Shown: piece after piece, positions 21,269 to 31,618 of the stretch
Numbering within the stretch: position 1 is the first letter of the stretch
Layout: each line of letters begins with the position of its first letter
Origin: Verrucomicrobiota bacterium
GTDB lineage: Bacteria > Verrucomicrobiota > Verrucomicrobiia > Verrucomicrobiales > DEV007
Direction: 5' to 3'
Assembly: GCA_045046875.1 (NCBI GenBank)
Contig: JASFYY010000002.1
Location: forward strand, 32,001 to 96,000
DNA: 64,000 nt
Notes under the pieces: model-generated
The model's database searches: none
The model's input: the letters and a program-made list of their open reading frames with translations, nothing else
Told to the model about the DNA's origin: nothing
Position numbers and translations under genes: made by a program

Positions 21269-22657
21269 ATGCATATCTCAAATCTTTTTAGCTTAAAAAA
21301 AGCCTTAGCATTTTTGTTGTATTTTTTTGTTTTTCATTCTTGTTTAGTTTTTTCTTCGGAACAAAAACCTAATATATTAATTATCACTATTGATAATTTA
21401 GGCTATGCAGATTTAAAAAGTTATAATCCGGATAGTCGAATCAAAACTCCGGCACTGGATCATTTTGCTACTCAAAGTGCTCGATTAACGAGTTTCTATA
21501 CAGCTTCACCTACGTGCACGGTATCACGAGCTTGTTTGATGACGGGGAGAATCCCTCAACGCCATAAACTAACTAAACAGCTAGCTGGCATAAAAGGTAA
21601 TTTCGGTGTGGGTCTAAGATCGTCGGAAATCCTGTTACCAGCGATAATTAAATCTAGTTCTTTTGGTTATGAAACGGGAGCTTTTGGTAAATGGAACATA
21701 GGTTTCGCCCCTGGTTCAAGGCCGACGGAAAGAGGGTTTGATGAGTTTCTAGGTTTTGCTTCGGGGAATATTGATTATTATCATCACGTTTATAATGGTA
21801 AACACGATTTGTTTTATAATACGACCGAGATAGATCGTGATGGTGAATATAGCACTGATTTATTTGCTGATTCGGCTATTGAATTTATTAAATCCAAAAC
21901 TAAAGCTCAAAAACCCTGGTTTGTTTATTTACCGTTTAATTCTCCGCATTTTCCGAATAAGGCCAACAAGGCACCTGGTCAGCTTACGCAATGGCAGGCA
22001 CCAGATTGGGCATTTAAGGAGTATGGTTTGTCTCAAAGTGAGGAGGATCCAGAAAAAAGATATGGGGCAGTGGTTACAGCTTTGGATCGAGCGATTGGTC
22101 GGGTTTTTAAGTCTTTGGATGATTTATCAATCTCTGACAAAACATTTGTATTTTTGTATTCAGACAATGGCACTTTTATGCTGAATCGTAAAGGTTTGGA
22201 TATTTCAACCAATGCGCCTTTGCGAAGTGGGGGGGTGACTTGTTGGGAAGGAGGCTTGAGGGTTGCCGCTTTTGCCAGATGGCCGGGCAAGATTAGGAAA
22301 GCTGCAGTGATAGATGTGCCAATGTGGTCGCCTGATTTATTAGTGACCAGTGCTAAACTCAGTGCGGGGGTATTGCCTACAGATCGAATTTTAGATGGAA
22401 AGGATATCATGCCGGTTTTGACTGCTCAAAGTAAGGAATCACCGCATAAGGAATTTTACTTTGAATACGGAAAACAAGCCGCTTTCAGGAGAGGAAAGTG
22501 GAAAATTATTAGAACAAAAAATAATGAAGCGTGGCAGCTTTATGACTTGTCGATGGATATTGGAGAAAGTAATAACTTGGCTTCAGCACACCCTGATACT
22601 GTGAACGAATTGGCTAGTGCTTTTATTCAGCAACAAAAATCGATGTTAGAAAAATAA
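21269..22657 (+). CDS. S1 sulfatase-family protein with variant signature CTVSR
   Basis: Signal peptide; PNILIITIDNLGY, SPTCTVSRACLMTGR, FGKWN, SDNG, EGGLRV. Confidence 0.9.
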   Translation: MHISNLFSLKKALAFLLYFFVFHSCLVFSSEQKPNILIITIDNLGYADLKSYNPDSRIKTPALDHFATQSARLTSFYTASPTCTVSRACLMTGRIPQRHKLTKQLAGIKGNFGVGLRSSEILLPAIIKSSSFGYETGAFGKWNIGFAPGSRPTERGFDEFLGFASGNIDYYHHVYNGKHDLFYNTTEIDRDGEYSTDLFADSAIEFIKSKTKAQKPWFVYLPFNSPHFPNKANKAPGQLTQWQAPDWAFKEYGLSQSEEDPEKRYGAVVTALDRAIGRVFKSLDDLSISDKTFVFLYSDNGTFMLNRKGLDISTNAPLRSGGVTCWEGGLRVAAFARWPGKIRKAAVIDVPMWSPDLLVTSAKLSAGVLPTDRILDGKDIMPVLTAQSKESPHKEFYFEYGKQAAFRRGKWKIIRTKNNEAWQLYDLSMDIGESNNLASAHPDTVNELASAFIQQQKSMLEK

Positions 22658-22695
22658 GCTTTAGGGTCTCGGTTTTGGATCACCAAGCGAAATAT

Positions 22696-22711
22696 AGTTC
22701 CACGTGGAACA
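22696..22711. promoter_or_regulatory. parS centromere site
   Basis: AGTTCCACGTGGAACA: 14-bp perfect palindrome matching the TGTTNCACGTGAAACA-type consensus. Confidence 0.88.
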
Positions 22712-22836
22712 TGTCTTTTAGCTTTGAGAATCGATTGATTCACAACACTTGAGATGATTGCTCGAAGCGAGTAAAGTGAAAGACTTACGCCAATGTGATA
22801 ATTACATTTGGTCTGTAAGATTTACTTGTAAGACTT

Positions 22837-24696
22837 ATGTTTACTTATCCAAAGAACTATGACGTGTTGATAATAGGCGCGGGACATGCAGGTATTGAAG
22901 CTGCTTTGGCGGCTACCCGGGTGGGATGTCAGGTGGCTATGCTGACACAGAATTTGGATACGATCGGACAGATGTCTTGTAATCCTGCAATAGGGGGCTT
23001 GGCCAAGGGGCACATGGTAAGGGAGATTGACGCTCTGGGCGGCGAGATGGCTCTCAATACAGACGCAACAGGAATTCAATTTCGTTTATTAAATCGCACT
23101 AAAGGACCAAGTGTTAGAGCTCCTAGAGCTCAGTGTGATAAAAAAGCTTATCAATTTCGCATGAAAGCTGTGTTGGAAGCAGAACCCAATTTGGATTTGC
23201 ATCAGGGTAACGTGGCTGACCTTTTAGTGAAAAATGATAAGATCAACGGCATCGAAACCAGTCTCGGTATGCGTTATGCTGCTAAGTCTGTAATAATAAC
23301 AACGGGGACATTCATGCGCGGGCTTTTGCATGTTGGATTGCAAAATCAGAAGGGGGGAAGAATGGGTGACGCTATGTCTACCCTTAGCGATATACTAGCG
23401 GAATTAGGCTTCCGAATAGAGCGTATGAAAACGGGGACACCGTGTAGAATTAATGGTCGGACTATTGATTTTTCGAAGTGTGAGAAACAAGAAGGTGATG
23501 TGGATATACCAAAATTCTCCTTCATGTCCGATACTTTGACTCGGGGAGATAATGACATTTTTACTTTGAATCCTTGGGGAGATAAAATGTTCCACATGGA
23601 ACAATTGCCATGTTGGATCACTCATACCAATCAAAAAACGCATGATGTGATTCGAGGAGGATTGGATCAATCACCGATGTACTCGGGTATTATTGAGGGT
23701 GTGGGGCCGCGGTATTGTCCTTCGATAGAAGATAAGGTGGTGCGATTTGCTGATAAAGAAAGGCATCAGTTATTTTTGGAGCCAGAAGGTCGGCAAACTC
23801 AGGAGTATTATGTGAACGGCATATCCACCAGTTTACCTTTTGAAGTGCAGTATGAATTTATCAAAACGATATCTGGTTTGGAAAATGCTCAAATTCTAAG
23901 AGCGGGATATGCGGTTGAATATGATGCTTGTGATCCGACTCAGTTGAATAAAACTTTGGAAACTAAAAGCATAGAAGGTTTATACTTTGCAGGTCAGATT
24001 AATGGTACCAGTGGTTATGAAGAAGCGGCCGCTCAGGGTTTGATGGCGGGTGCAAATGCGGCACTGAAAGTGAAAGGGGAGCAGGCCTTTATTTTGGGTA
24101 GAGAAGAAGCTTACATCGGGGTGATGATTGATGATTTGGTCACTAAGGGCACTATCGAACCCTACCGTATGTTCACAAGTAGGGCAGAATATCGCCTACT
24201 CTTGCGTCAGGACAATGCGGATCAGCGGTTGACGCCACTTGCAGCAGAAAAGGGACTGGTGAGCTCAGAGCGGTCTCAGAGAGCAGAGACAGTTGTTACA
24301 GCACTGCATGAAGCAAGATTGTTTATTGCAAAAAACAAAGTGAATGGGGAGTCGATAGAAAAGATCCTGAGAAGACAAGATGTCACATGGAAAAGTTTGG
24401 ATGAGGAGATAAAATCTCAATTGCCGGAAAGCAGTTGGGAAATGGTCGAAATTGATGCCAAATACGCGGGATACATCAAGCGTCAGGAGATGATGATCAA
24501 ACGTACCCAGAAACTTGAAAATAGGGAGATCCCTAAAAACCTGGATTACAGTGAGGTGAAAGGTTTAAAAAAGGAGGCCCAGCAGAGATTGGCGGATATA
24601 CAGCCAGGCACCTTGGGTCAAGCTGGTAGGGTGAGTGGGATTACCCCTGCTGATATAGGAATGTTGGCTGTTTGGTTGGAAAAAAACAGCCATTAA
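22837..24696 (+). CDS. mnmG: tRNA uridine 5-carboxymethylaminomethyl modification enzyme MnmG (GidA)
   Basis: [57 protein letters not shown]. Confidence 0.98.
   Translation: MFTYPKNYDVLIIGAGHAGIEAALAATRVGCQVAMLTQNLDTIGQMSCNPAIGGLAKGHMVREIDALGGEMALNTDATGIQFRLLNRTKGPSVRAPRAQCDKKAYQFRMKAVLEAEPNLDLHQGNVADLLVKNDKINGIETSLGMRYAAKSVIITTGTFMRGLLHVGLQNQKGGRMGDAMSTLSDILAELGFRIERMKTGTPCRINGRTIDFSKCEKQEGDVDIPKFSFMSDTLTRGDNDIFTLNPWGDKMFHMEQLPCWITHTNQKTHDVIRGGLDQSPMYSGIIEGVGPRYCPSIEDKVVRFADKERHQLFLEPEGRQTQEYYVNGISTSLPFEVQYEFIKTISGLENAQILRAGYAVEYDACDPTQLNKTLETKSIEGLYFAGQINGTSGYEEAAAQGLMAGANAALKVKGEQAFILGREEAYIGVMIDDLVTKGTIEPYRMFTSRAEYRLLLRQDNADQRLTPLAAEKGLVSSERSQRAETVVTALHEARLFIAKNKVNGESIEKILRRQDVTWKSLDEEIKSQLPESSWEMVEIDAKYAGYIKRQEMMIKRTQKLENREIPKNLDYSEVKGLKKEAQQRLADIQPGTLGQAGRVSGITPADIGMLAVWLEKNSH
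23588..23603. promoter_or_regulatory. parS site inside mnmG
   Basis: TGTTCCACATGGAACA, one change from a perfect palindrome; read in frame as MFHMEQ. Confidence 0.8.
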
Positions 24697-24707
24697 GAAA
24701 TGTAGCG

Positions 24708-25259
24708 CTATAATATGGAGCGCAACAATTCTTGTAATTGAGCAGCATTTTTCACACTGTGGTCTGACTCTACTTCAGGTAATTTGTCAGATAAAAAGCG
24801 GATGCATCCTTTTAAATTGGCAGCACGTCCCATCGTGATATCCCGGTCGGAATCTCCAATCATCCAGGATTGGTAGAGATCTATATTGAAATCTTGAGCC
24901 GCACTGAATAACATTTCAGGATCAGGCTTCGGTAAGTGAAAACAGTCTTCGCTTTGTGTGTAGGAATAAATAGCGTCAAATTTGGCGGATTGCTGAGCCA
25001 GTTTGGACTGCATTTGATCATGTATCTGATCCAAGTCTGCTTGGGACATCAAACCTTTGCCAACTCCTCGTTGGCTGGTCACTAGGACCAATAGAATGTT
25101 CTGTTTTTTTATCCAGGAGAGCAGATCAATGATGCCTGGATTGAATACAAATTGCTTCCAGCTTAAAACATAACCTTTACCAGGTGATTGGTTGATGACT
25201 CCGTCACGATCAAAAAAAAGGCATCGTCTGGGTAAGGGTAGGGGTTTGGAAAGAGACAT
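24708..25259 (-). CDS. gmhB: D-glycero-D-manno-heptose 1,7-bisphosphate phosphatase-like HAD enzyme
   Basis: FFDRDGVIN, VTSQRGVG, KPDPEM, SWMIGDSDRD. Confidence 0.8.
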   Translation of the reverse strand: MSLSKPLPLPRRCLFFDRDGVINQSPGKGYVLSWKQFVFNPGIIDLLSWIKKQNILLVLVTSQRGVGKGLMSQADLDQIHDQMQSKLAQQSAKFDAIYSYTQSEDCFHLPKPDPEMLFSAAQDFNIDLYQSWMIGDSDRDITMGRAANLKGCIRFLSDKLPEVESDHSVKNAAQLQELLRSIL

Positions 25260-25278
25260 GAAAATGGAAGAATGTATT

Positions 25279-26307
25279 CTAAGATCGCTGGATCAGGCCG
25301 CTGATTCGTATGTCCGGGCCGAGTTTTTTCATTTGAATAGAGCTAAGTTTTTTAGAAATGTCGTTGCTTTGTATTGCCTGGGTACAGCCCCCGCCGATGA
25401 TCGGTGCATAATAAAAAACGACTTCATCAATCAGATCGTTTTTTAGAGCATTAGCTAATAGTTTCCCTCCGGATTCAATCATTACAGATTGAATTCCTTG
25501 TTTAGCCAGTTTTTTGAGAATGAAACGCAGTGATTTTTTAGTGAAAACTTGTGTTTTATCACGGTATGGGTCGGTAAAAACATGTGAATCCTGAGGAAAA
25601 TCACCGCTTAGTGTACTAATGATGCGCGCGGGTTGTGGATGATTGTTTCGGGCGAATTTGCCTCTTAAAGTGAGATGAGGGTTGTCATGGCGCAAAGTGG
25701 CACCGCCTATAAGAATGGCATCAATTTGTGAACGTAGACGCTGAACATCTTCGAGAGCTTGTGAACTGGTGATCCAGGGACCCTGCCCGGGGGGAAGGGT
25801 GGTGCGTGCATCAAGAGTCATGGCCGATTTGGCAATCACCCACGGTAACCCAGTGGTGAGGCTTTTGGTGAAATAACGAATCAGATGTTGAGCTTCTTTA
25901 TTAAGGATCCCATCGGTGACAGGGATGTTTTTTTTCATCAAGCATCGTTTGGCACGTCCTTGATGCTGGGGGTTCGGGTCTGAACAGGCATAAACCACAC
26001 GGGAAAACTGATGCTGAATAATAGCATCGGTACAAGCTCCGGTATTACCATGACTCGAGCATGGTTCCAAAGTCACATAAAGCGTGGCATTTTTAAATAC
26101 AGAGGCAGGATACTTTTTCAGGCTATTGTGAATAGCGTTGATTTCTGCATGCGCTTCACCGGCACGGTGGTGATATCCTTTACCAATAATGGTACCATTT
26201 TTATCGACAATGATTGCACCAACCGGAGGATTCGGACTGGTTAGGCCTAAGCCTTTTTTCGCCTGTTTGATGGCGAGTTTCATAAAATGAATATCTTGAG
26301 TGGTCAA
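25279..26307 (-). CDS. ribD: Riboflavin biosynthesis deaminase/reductase
   Basis: TSPNPPVGA, HAE, TLEPC..GNTGAC, AMTLDA, IESGG. Confidence 0.95.
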   Translation of the reverse strand: MTTQDIHFMKLAIKQAKKGLGLTSPNPPVGAIIVDKNGTIIGKGYHHRAGEAHAEINAIHNSLKKYPASVFKNATLYVTLEPCSSHGNTGACTDAIIQHQFSRVVYACSDPNPQHQGRAKRCLMKKNIPVTDGILNKEAQHLIRYFTKSLTTGLPWVIAKSAMTLDARTTLPPGQGPWITSSQALEDVQRLRSQIDAILIGGATLRHDNPHLTLRGKFARNNHPQPARIISTLSGDFPQDSHVFTDPYRDKTQVFTKKSLRFILKKLAKQGIQSVMIESGGKLLANALKNDLIDEVVFYYAPIIGGGCTQAIQSNDISKKLSSIQMKKLGPDIRISGLIQRS

Positions 26308-26664
26308 AATAGGGCAAAAAAAGTTTGGATTAATGAATAAACGATATGTAATGAAAACCAGTTAGATTGAATCGATGAAAAATGAAGCTGAATAAGACTA
26401 GTGCCCATGAAGCAATAAAACAAGGCTGTTTATTGATAGATAAATATCTAGTAACTCGTTATTAATAAGTATGTTGAATGGATTTATAAAAAAGGATTTA
26501 TATTGTAGGTTCAGCAGAAAAAAAGAGGAAATTACTATTTTGTGGCTACACGTTACCTAATATAGTAAGTGAAAGTAAAAAAGTATTTTACGTACTGTAA
26601 TAATTGCTCAGAAAAAATAAACTGGAAATAAATGTTTCAGAGAAAGTGATTCTTGAAGAAATAA

Positions 26665-27696
26665 ATGAAATTTTCGAAAAAGCAAAAACAGCAATTGTAT
26701 TATGAATTGGAAAAATTCGTACGTTCAGGTTTTGGTTTTGATAAAGCTTGTGAAAGTATGGTCGCTCAACCGGCAACATCAAAAATTCAGAAGAATTTCT
26801 GTGAGGGTGTTTTAGAAGGATTAAAAAACAAAAAAACGGTGGCTCAATCTGTTGAGGCGCTGCCCTTGGAAATTTCAGAATTAGAAATAAATATAATCAA
26901 CGCAGGCGAGCAAGCGGGATTATTGGAGAAGAGTTTTGAGCATCTTGAAAAACATTTTGGATTAGCTTTAGAAACCGAACAGAAAATAAAAAAAGCCCTG
27001 GTATATCCAATCATGCTATTGCATGCCGCTATATTGATGGGTTTGACTACGACTTCTTTAATGGCTGCCTGGAACCCACTTGCAGAAAAAGGAGCGGGTT
27101 GGGCTAGTTTCAAAGTAGGTTTGACTATCGTAGTGATTTTGTATGCGGTTTTAGCTTTTAGTGTAACGATTTTTGTAAAATGGCTGAAAATGGCTAAACA
27201 TTCCGCTGAAAAAGACCGTTTATTAGCAAAGATCCCTTTTTTAGGAAGGATGCGTAGAGATTTGGCGATGTCTAATTTTTGCGGAGTGTTTCACATGGGA
27301 CTGTGTTCAGGGCAAAAAATGGACCAAGTGTATTTGAATGCCGGTAAGTCATCATCAAGCGGACAAATTTGGCAAGTTTGTCAAAATGGAGCAGAAAATT
27401 TGCGCAAAGGCGAAACTTTAGCCATCACATTGACGGAAGCAGGCAATGTTTTCCCTCGGGATTTCAAAACATCAGTTGCGAATGCTGAATTGGCGGGGGT
27501 TGTGGATGAGGAGTTTGCGCGCTGGAAGGACTATTATAGAAAGTGTGCGCTGGATTCGGTGAGTCGTTTTGTTGAGTGGGTTCCGAGACTTTTTTATTGG
27601 TTGGTACTGGTTGTAGTGGTTTTTATTGTGTTCAGAATGGCTATTTCTTATCGCGATTTATTAGAAAACTATATTAATTGGAGTGATCAGTTTTGA
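26665..27696 (+). CDS. Type II secretion / type IV pilus platform protein (GspF/PilC family)
   Basis: AGEQAGLLE..F..L, KALVYP, KIPFLG, second repeat AELAG; TM helices. Confidence 0.85.
   Translation: MKFSKKQKQQLYYELEKFVRSGFGFDKACESMVAQPATSKIQKNFCEGVLEGLKNKKTVAQSVEALPLEISELEINIINAGEQAGLLEKSFEHLEKHFGLALETEQKIKKALVYPIMLLHAAILMGLTTTSLMAAWNPLAEKGAGWASFKVGLTIVVILYAVLAFSVTIFVKWLKMAKHSAEKDRLLAKIPFLGRMRRDLAMSNFCGVFHMGLCSGQKMDQVYLNAGKSSSSGQIWQVCQNGAENLRKGETLAITLTEAGNVFPRDFKTSVANAELAGVVDEEFARWKDYYRKCALDSVSRFVEWVPRLFYWLVLVVVVFIVFRMAISYRDLLENYINWSDQF
27287..27302. promoter_or_regulatory. Possible degenerate parS site
   Basis: TGTTTCACATGGGACT, two mismatches to TGTTYCACRTGRAACA. Confidence 0.3.
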
Positions 27697-27781
27697 AATA
27701 AGGAATAAGGACAAAATATTTTTTTGTTTTATTGCTTTATCTATAGGCGTTTGGAGAGGAAAAAGGCGTAAAAATTAACAG

Positions 27782-27824
27782 TATTCATTTTTACACTGGA
27801 CAAATGAACAGTAATTGATATGAT
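27782..27824 (+). promoter_or_regulatory. recA promoter with tandem degenerate LexA (SOS) boxes
   Basis: TATTC-ATTT-TTACA (27782-27795) and TGGAC-AAAT-GAACA (27797-27810); TGGACA-N16-TATGAT promoter overlaps them. Confidence 0.6.
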
Positions 27825-27845
27825 TAGTAAAAACCACTGAGAATC

Positions 27846-29087
27846 ATGTCACAAGTACTAACACCCAATTCAAAAAAAAGCAGTTCGGCCTCATCATCTA
27901 ACTCAATTGCAAAAGCGTCTGATTTGTCGCAAGGTGCAATGAGTTCTCCTAAAATATCACAAAACGAGGAACAAAAAACTCAGGCGAGTTCGAGCACAGA
28001 GACTAAAAAAAGTAATAACGATCTTAAGAAAATGGCAGCAAACGAAAAAAAGGCAAAAGCAGCAGTAACAGCGGAAAAAAGCAGGCTTGCAACCGCCCGG
28101 GGTAAAAACCTGGATTTAGCTATTTCACAAATTCAAAAAGATTTTGGCGAAGGTGCTATCATGCGTTTGGGTGAACACACCCGTGTAGATGTAGATGTGA
28201 TACCCACCGGTAATTTGTTGATTGATAGGGCTCTTGGAGTAGGTGGTTTTCCCCGTGGCCGTATTATTGAAGTTTATGGACCGGAATCTTCAGGTAAAAC
28301 GACGCTTTGTTTGACTGCGATTGCTCAAGCTCAAAAACAGGGCGGTTTGGCAGGTTTTGTTGATGTTGAACATGCACTGGATCCTCAATATTCGAAAAGA
28401 CTTGGAGTTAACCTGGATGAATTGTTGGTTTCACAGCCAAGTTCGGGGGAAGAAGCTTTGCGTATCGTAGAAACCCTTGTGCGTTCCAATGCTTTAGATG
28501 TGATTGTTTTAGATTCGGTAGCAGCTTTAGTCACCAAACAGGAATTAGATGGTGAAATTGGTGATACGACAGTTGGGGCTCAAGCTCGATTGATGAGTGC
28601 TGCAATGAGAAAGCTAACCTCATTAATAGCTAAAGCTAGAACCACTGTAATATTTACTAATCAGATTCGTGAAAAAATCGGTGTGATGTTTGGTAATCCA
28701 GAAACCACACCAGGAGGCCGGGCACTCAAATTCTATAGCAGTGTTCGCTGTGATATTCGTCGCATAGGAGCAATCAAAGCTTCAGACGGTTCTATGATTG
28801 GTAATCGAACCCGGGTGAAAGTGGTAAAAAATAAAGTAGCACCGCCTTATGGTGAAGCTGAATTTGATATCATGTTCAATGAAGGTATTTCAGCGGTTGG
28901 GTCGCTGTTGGATTTGGCAATTGAGCATGAAATTTTACAGAAACGTGGTTCATGGTTCAGTTATAAAGGAACTCAATTGGCACAAGGTCGCGATGCAGCA
29001 AAAGAAGCGTTAAAAGCAGATGAAATTCTTTACGCTGAAATAGAGGTGGCTGTGAAAGCTAAAATGGACGACCTCGATCAAGAGTAA
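27846..29087 (+). CDS. recA: Recombinase A
   Basis: [45 protein letters not shown]; start uncertain (27846 or 28032). Confidence 0.99.
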   Translation: MSQVLTPNSKKSSSASSSNSIAKASDLSQGAMSSPKISQNEEQKTQASSSTETKKSNNDLKKMAANEKKAKAAVTAEKSRLATARGKNLDLAISQIQKDFGEGAIMRLGEHTRVDVDVIPTGNLLIDRALGVGGFPRGRIIEVYGPESSGKTTLCLTAIAQAQKQGGLAGFVDVEHALDPQYSKRLGVNLDELLVSQPSSGEEALRIVETLVRSNALDVIVLDSVAALVTKQELDGEIGDTTVGAQARLMSAAMRKLTSLIAKARTTVIFTNQIREKIGVMFGNPETTPGGRALKFYSSVRCDIRRIGAIKASDGSMIGNRTRVKVVKNKVAPPYGEAEFDIMFNEGISAVGSLLDLAIEHEILQKRGSWFSYKGTQLAQGRDAAKEALKADEILYAEIEVAVKAKMDDLDQE

Positions 29088-29172
29088 GTAGGGTCGATCG
29101 TTAAAAACAGATAATTAGAAAAATACGTCCAGTGAACTAACTAAAATAGTAACCAGTAAATAAATCATAAAA

Positions 29173-29430
29173 ATGACAAACGCCACCAGTATGTATCCAC
29201 AGCACCTGAAAAGCAGGAAAACGCATAACTCAAAATCTGTAGATTCAATAAAAATTGATAACCGCACTTTATGTTTTTTTGTTTTGGTTGCACCGATGGC
29301 AGTGTTAATGGGTTGGGTGCTGGTAGCTGTGTGTTTGACAGGCACATGGACCTGGCAACTGCCTTTAGGTTTGGTATTTTCGCTGGTAGGATCAATGTTG
29401 GCGATGATCAGCACCCTTATACGAAGGTGA
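29173..29430 (+). CDS. Small hypothetical membrane protein (2 TM)
   Basis: 85-aa ORF, basic N-terminus then two hydrophobic helices. Confidence 0.55.
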   Translation: MTNATSMYPQHLKSRKTHNSKSVDSIKIDNRTLCFFVLVAPMAVLMGWVLVAVCLTGTWTWQLPLGLVFSLVGSMLAMISTLIRR

Positions 29431-29717
29431 GAGCTTAGAGGCAACTCAACTTTTTAAGTTTGCTTGAAGTCCTTAGCTGATCATTAAGGTAAATTAGTAA
29501 TAATTTAATTTTTAACGCTATTGATTAAATATAATTAGATACTGCCTTAGAGAAGAACAATATCATGATCATTGATTCGGAGGCAAACACAGAAAAGATA
29601 GAAAAAGGAAGTGTAAAAACCGGTGTTTATCTGGGTTTTCAGTGGTTATATTCATAATTAAAAAAATATCGCACAGTAAGAAATGTGTTAGATATTTTTT
29701 AATTTTAACAGGACATT

Positions 29718-30620
29718 ATGAATGTACATCATCTTGAGCTTTTTTATTATGTGGCAAAATACGAAGGTATCACACCAGCTGTGAGGCGCATGCCCTATGG
29801 GATTCAGCAACCAGCGGTGAGTGGCCAGATGTTGAACCTTGAACGCTCACTGGGAACGCCGTTGTTTCATCGTCGACCTTTTGTTTTAACTGCAGCGGGT
29901 GAACAACTGTATAATTATGTTTATCCCTTTTTCTCACGAATGGAAGAAGTGCGCAGTCAAGTCTGTGGGGAAGGCACGGATCATTTGCGCTTAGCAGCTC
30001 CGACTTCTGTATTGGCAAATCACTTACCGGGAGTTTTAGGGCAGTTACGCAAGGAATACCCGGCATTACGATTGACTTTACGTGAACTTCCAGCTCCGGG
30101 CGCGGAATCAGCTCTATTAAAACAAGAAGCGGATATTGCGGTCACTCTTTGTGATGAAAAAGTGTCAGCGAGTGTGCAGATAGAAAAACTAATCCAATTG
30201 CCGCTTATTTTGTTGGTGCAGAAGGGTAATAAAAAATATTCCCCCAGAAGTTTTCAAGAATTAGAAAAAAAAGCCAAAGATGGGGATTATAGAATTGATC
30301 AGCCGCTGGTCTCTCTATTGCCAGGAGAAACCGTAGCTCGATTATTTCAAAAGGGTTTGGAAGATCGAAGTTTGATTTGGAATCCGGCAGTTGAGGTCAC
30401 TACTTTAGAGTTAGTGATGTCTTATGTGGCACAGGGTTTTGGATATGGTCTGTCGGTGGCGATGCCCCAGATGAAATTACCAGCTAATGTGATTAGCCAG
30501 CCTTTGGATAAGTTTCCCAGCTTGGAAATAGGTTTGATGCATACAGGTAAATTGCAGCCTGTGGGAGAGCGTTTTATAGAGATTGTTCGTACCTACACCA
30601 ATCAAATGATGGAAAAATAA
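29718..30620 (+). CDS. LysR-family transcriptional regulator
   Basis: MNVHHLELFYYVA..QQPAVSGQM..LE..LG..LF.R; 300 aa. Confidence 0.93.
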   Translation: MNVHHLELFYYVAKYEGITPAVRRMPYGIQQPAVSGQMLNLERSLGTPLFHRRPFVLTAAGEQLYNYVYPFFSRMEEVRSQVCGEGTDHLRLAAPTSVLANHLPGVLGQLRKEYPALRLTLRELPAPGAESALLKQEADIAVTLCDEKVSASVQIEKLIQLPLILLVQKGNKKYSPRSFQELEKKAKDGDYRIDQPLVSLLPGETVARLFQKGLEDRSLIWNPAVEVTTLELVMSYVAQGFGYGLSVAMPQMKLPANVISQPLDKFPSLEIGLMHTGKLQPVGERFIEIVRTYTNQMMEK

Positions 30621-30643
30621 AAAAGGGTGAACGGATAACCGAA

Positions 30644-31468
30644 TCAGTGGAAATCTACTAATGTTCTTTCACGCCTTGAAAAATGTGCGGTCTGTTTATA
30701 GCCAACTTTTTTGACTAAATCGATGGCTAGATCAAAATCTACTCCGACTTCTTCAGGTCGATGGGCGTCAGAGCTGATGACAATGGGAATGTTAGCTTGA
30801 AAAGCGAGTTCAATAAATTCACGGGAAGGATAGATTTCTTTACAGGCTTTACGCAGTCCTGCAGTGCTGACTTCTATAGCCAGGTTGTTTGCTGCGATGA
30901 CTTCGATGGTGGGTTCGTAAAAGCGTTTGAGGTCGCCTTTTGGACGGTGGCCAAATTTTTTGACCAGATCAGGATGGGCGAGGAAGTCAAAAAGACCTGA
31001 AGAAGCACATTGGCGGTATAAGTGCCAATATTTCTCCCAAATCTCATCTATACAGCCCTTCCAGCGCTTCTTCCACTTGGGATCAGGGTCATCTACAGCC
31101 CAGTCAGGTTCAAGGTAGTGAACGCTGCCAATTAAATAATCGAAATTTGCTTGTTGGGAGAGTTTATCAATCCAGTTTTCCTGACCAGGGATAAAATCAC
31201 ATTCCAAACCGAGCCGGATGATGAGTTTATCGGAAAATTGCTGTTGGCTTGCTTTAATTAGATCCAGGTAGCGTGGAAATTCGTCATATGCCATACGCCA
31301 GTCGTCGAATTGTTCAGCCATTGGGTTGTGGTCGGAGAAGCCTATTTCTACTAAACCGCGTTTGATAGCCGCTTTAGCATAGGCATCGGGCCAGCCTTCA
31401 GCGTGTTTGCACAGAGGGGTGTGCAAGTGGTAATCAGCGGGAGAGTGATTTGTATTTGGTGGAATCAT
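30644..31468 (-). CDS. Histidinol-phosphatase, PHP (HisJ/HisK) family
   Basis: DYHLHT.LCKHA, SDH, GLECD, IGSVH, AHPD, SSDAH. Confidence 0.88.
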   Translation of the reverse strand: MIPPNTNHSPADYHLHTPLCKHAEGWPDAYAKAAIKRGLVEIGFSDHNPMAEQFDDWRMAYDEFPRYLDLIKASQQQFSDKLIIRLGLECDFIPGQENWIDKLSQQANFDYLIGSVHYLEPDWAVDDPDPKWKKRWKGCIDEIWEKYWHLYRQCASSGLFDFLAHPDLVKKFGHRPKGDLKRFYEPTIEVIAANNLAIEVSTAGLRKACKEIYPSREFIELAFQANIPIVISSDAHRPEEVGVDFDLAIDLVKKVGYKQTAHFSRRERTLVDFH

Positions 31469-31618
31469 GAAAAAAGGCAACGAAGAATAGGAATATTTGG
31501 AATTAAATAAATTTTTACTAAAGAGTAGTTTTTGCTTGCAAGATAGGCAAAAAAAGGGTGAAATGCATAGTTCCAGACCTTTAATGATGTTTGGGGTAGT
31601 AAAAATTTTAAAATTTCT

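Noticed and set aside
26308..26664. Alternative oriC in this AT-rich intergenic region
   Set aside because: No DnaA-box cluster, and the skew has already flipped about 5 kb to the left.
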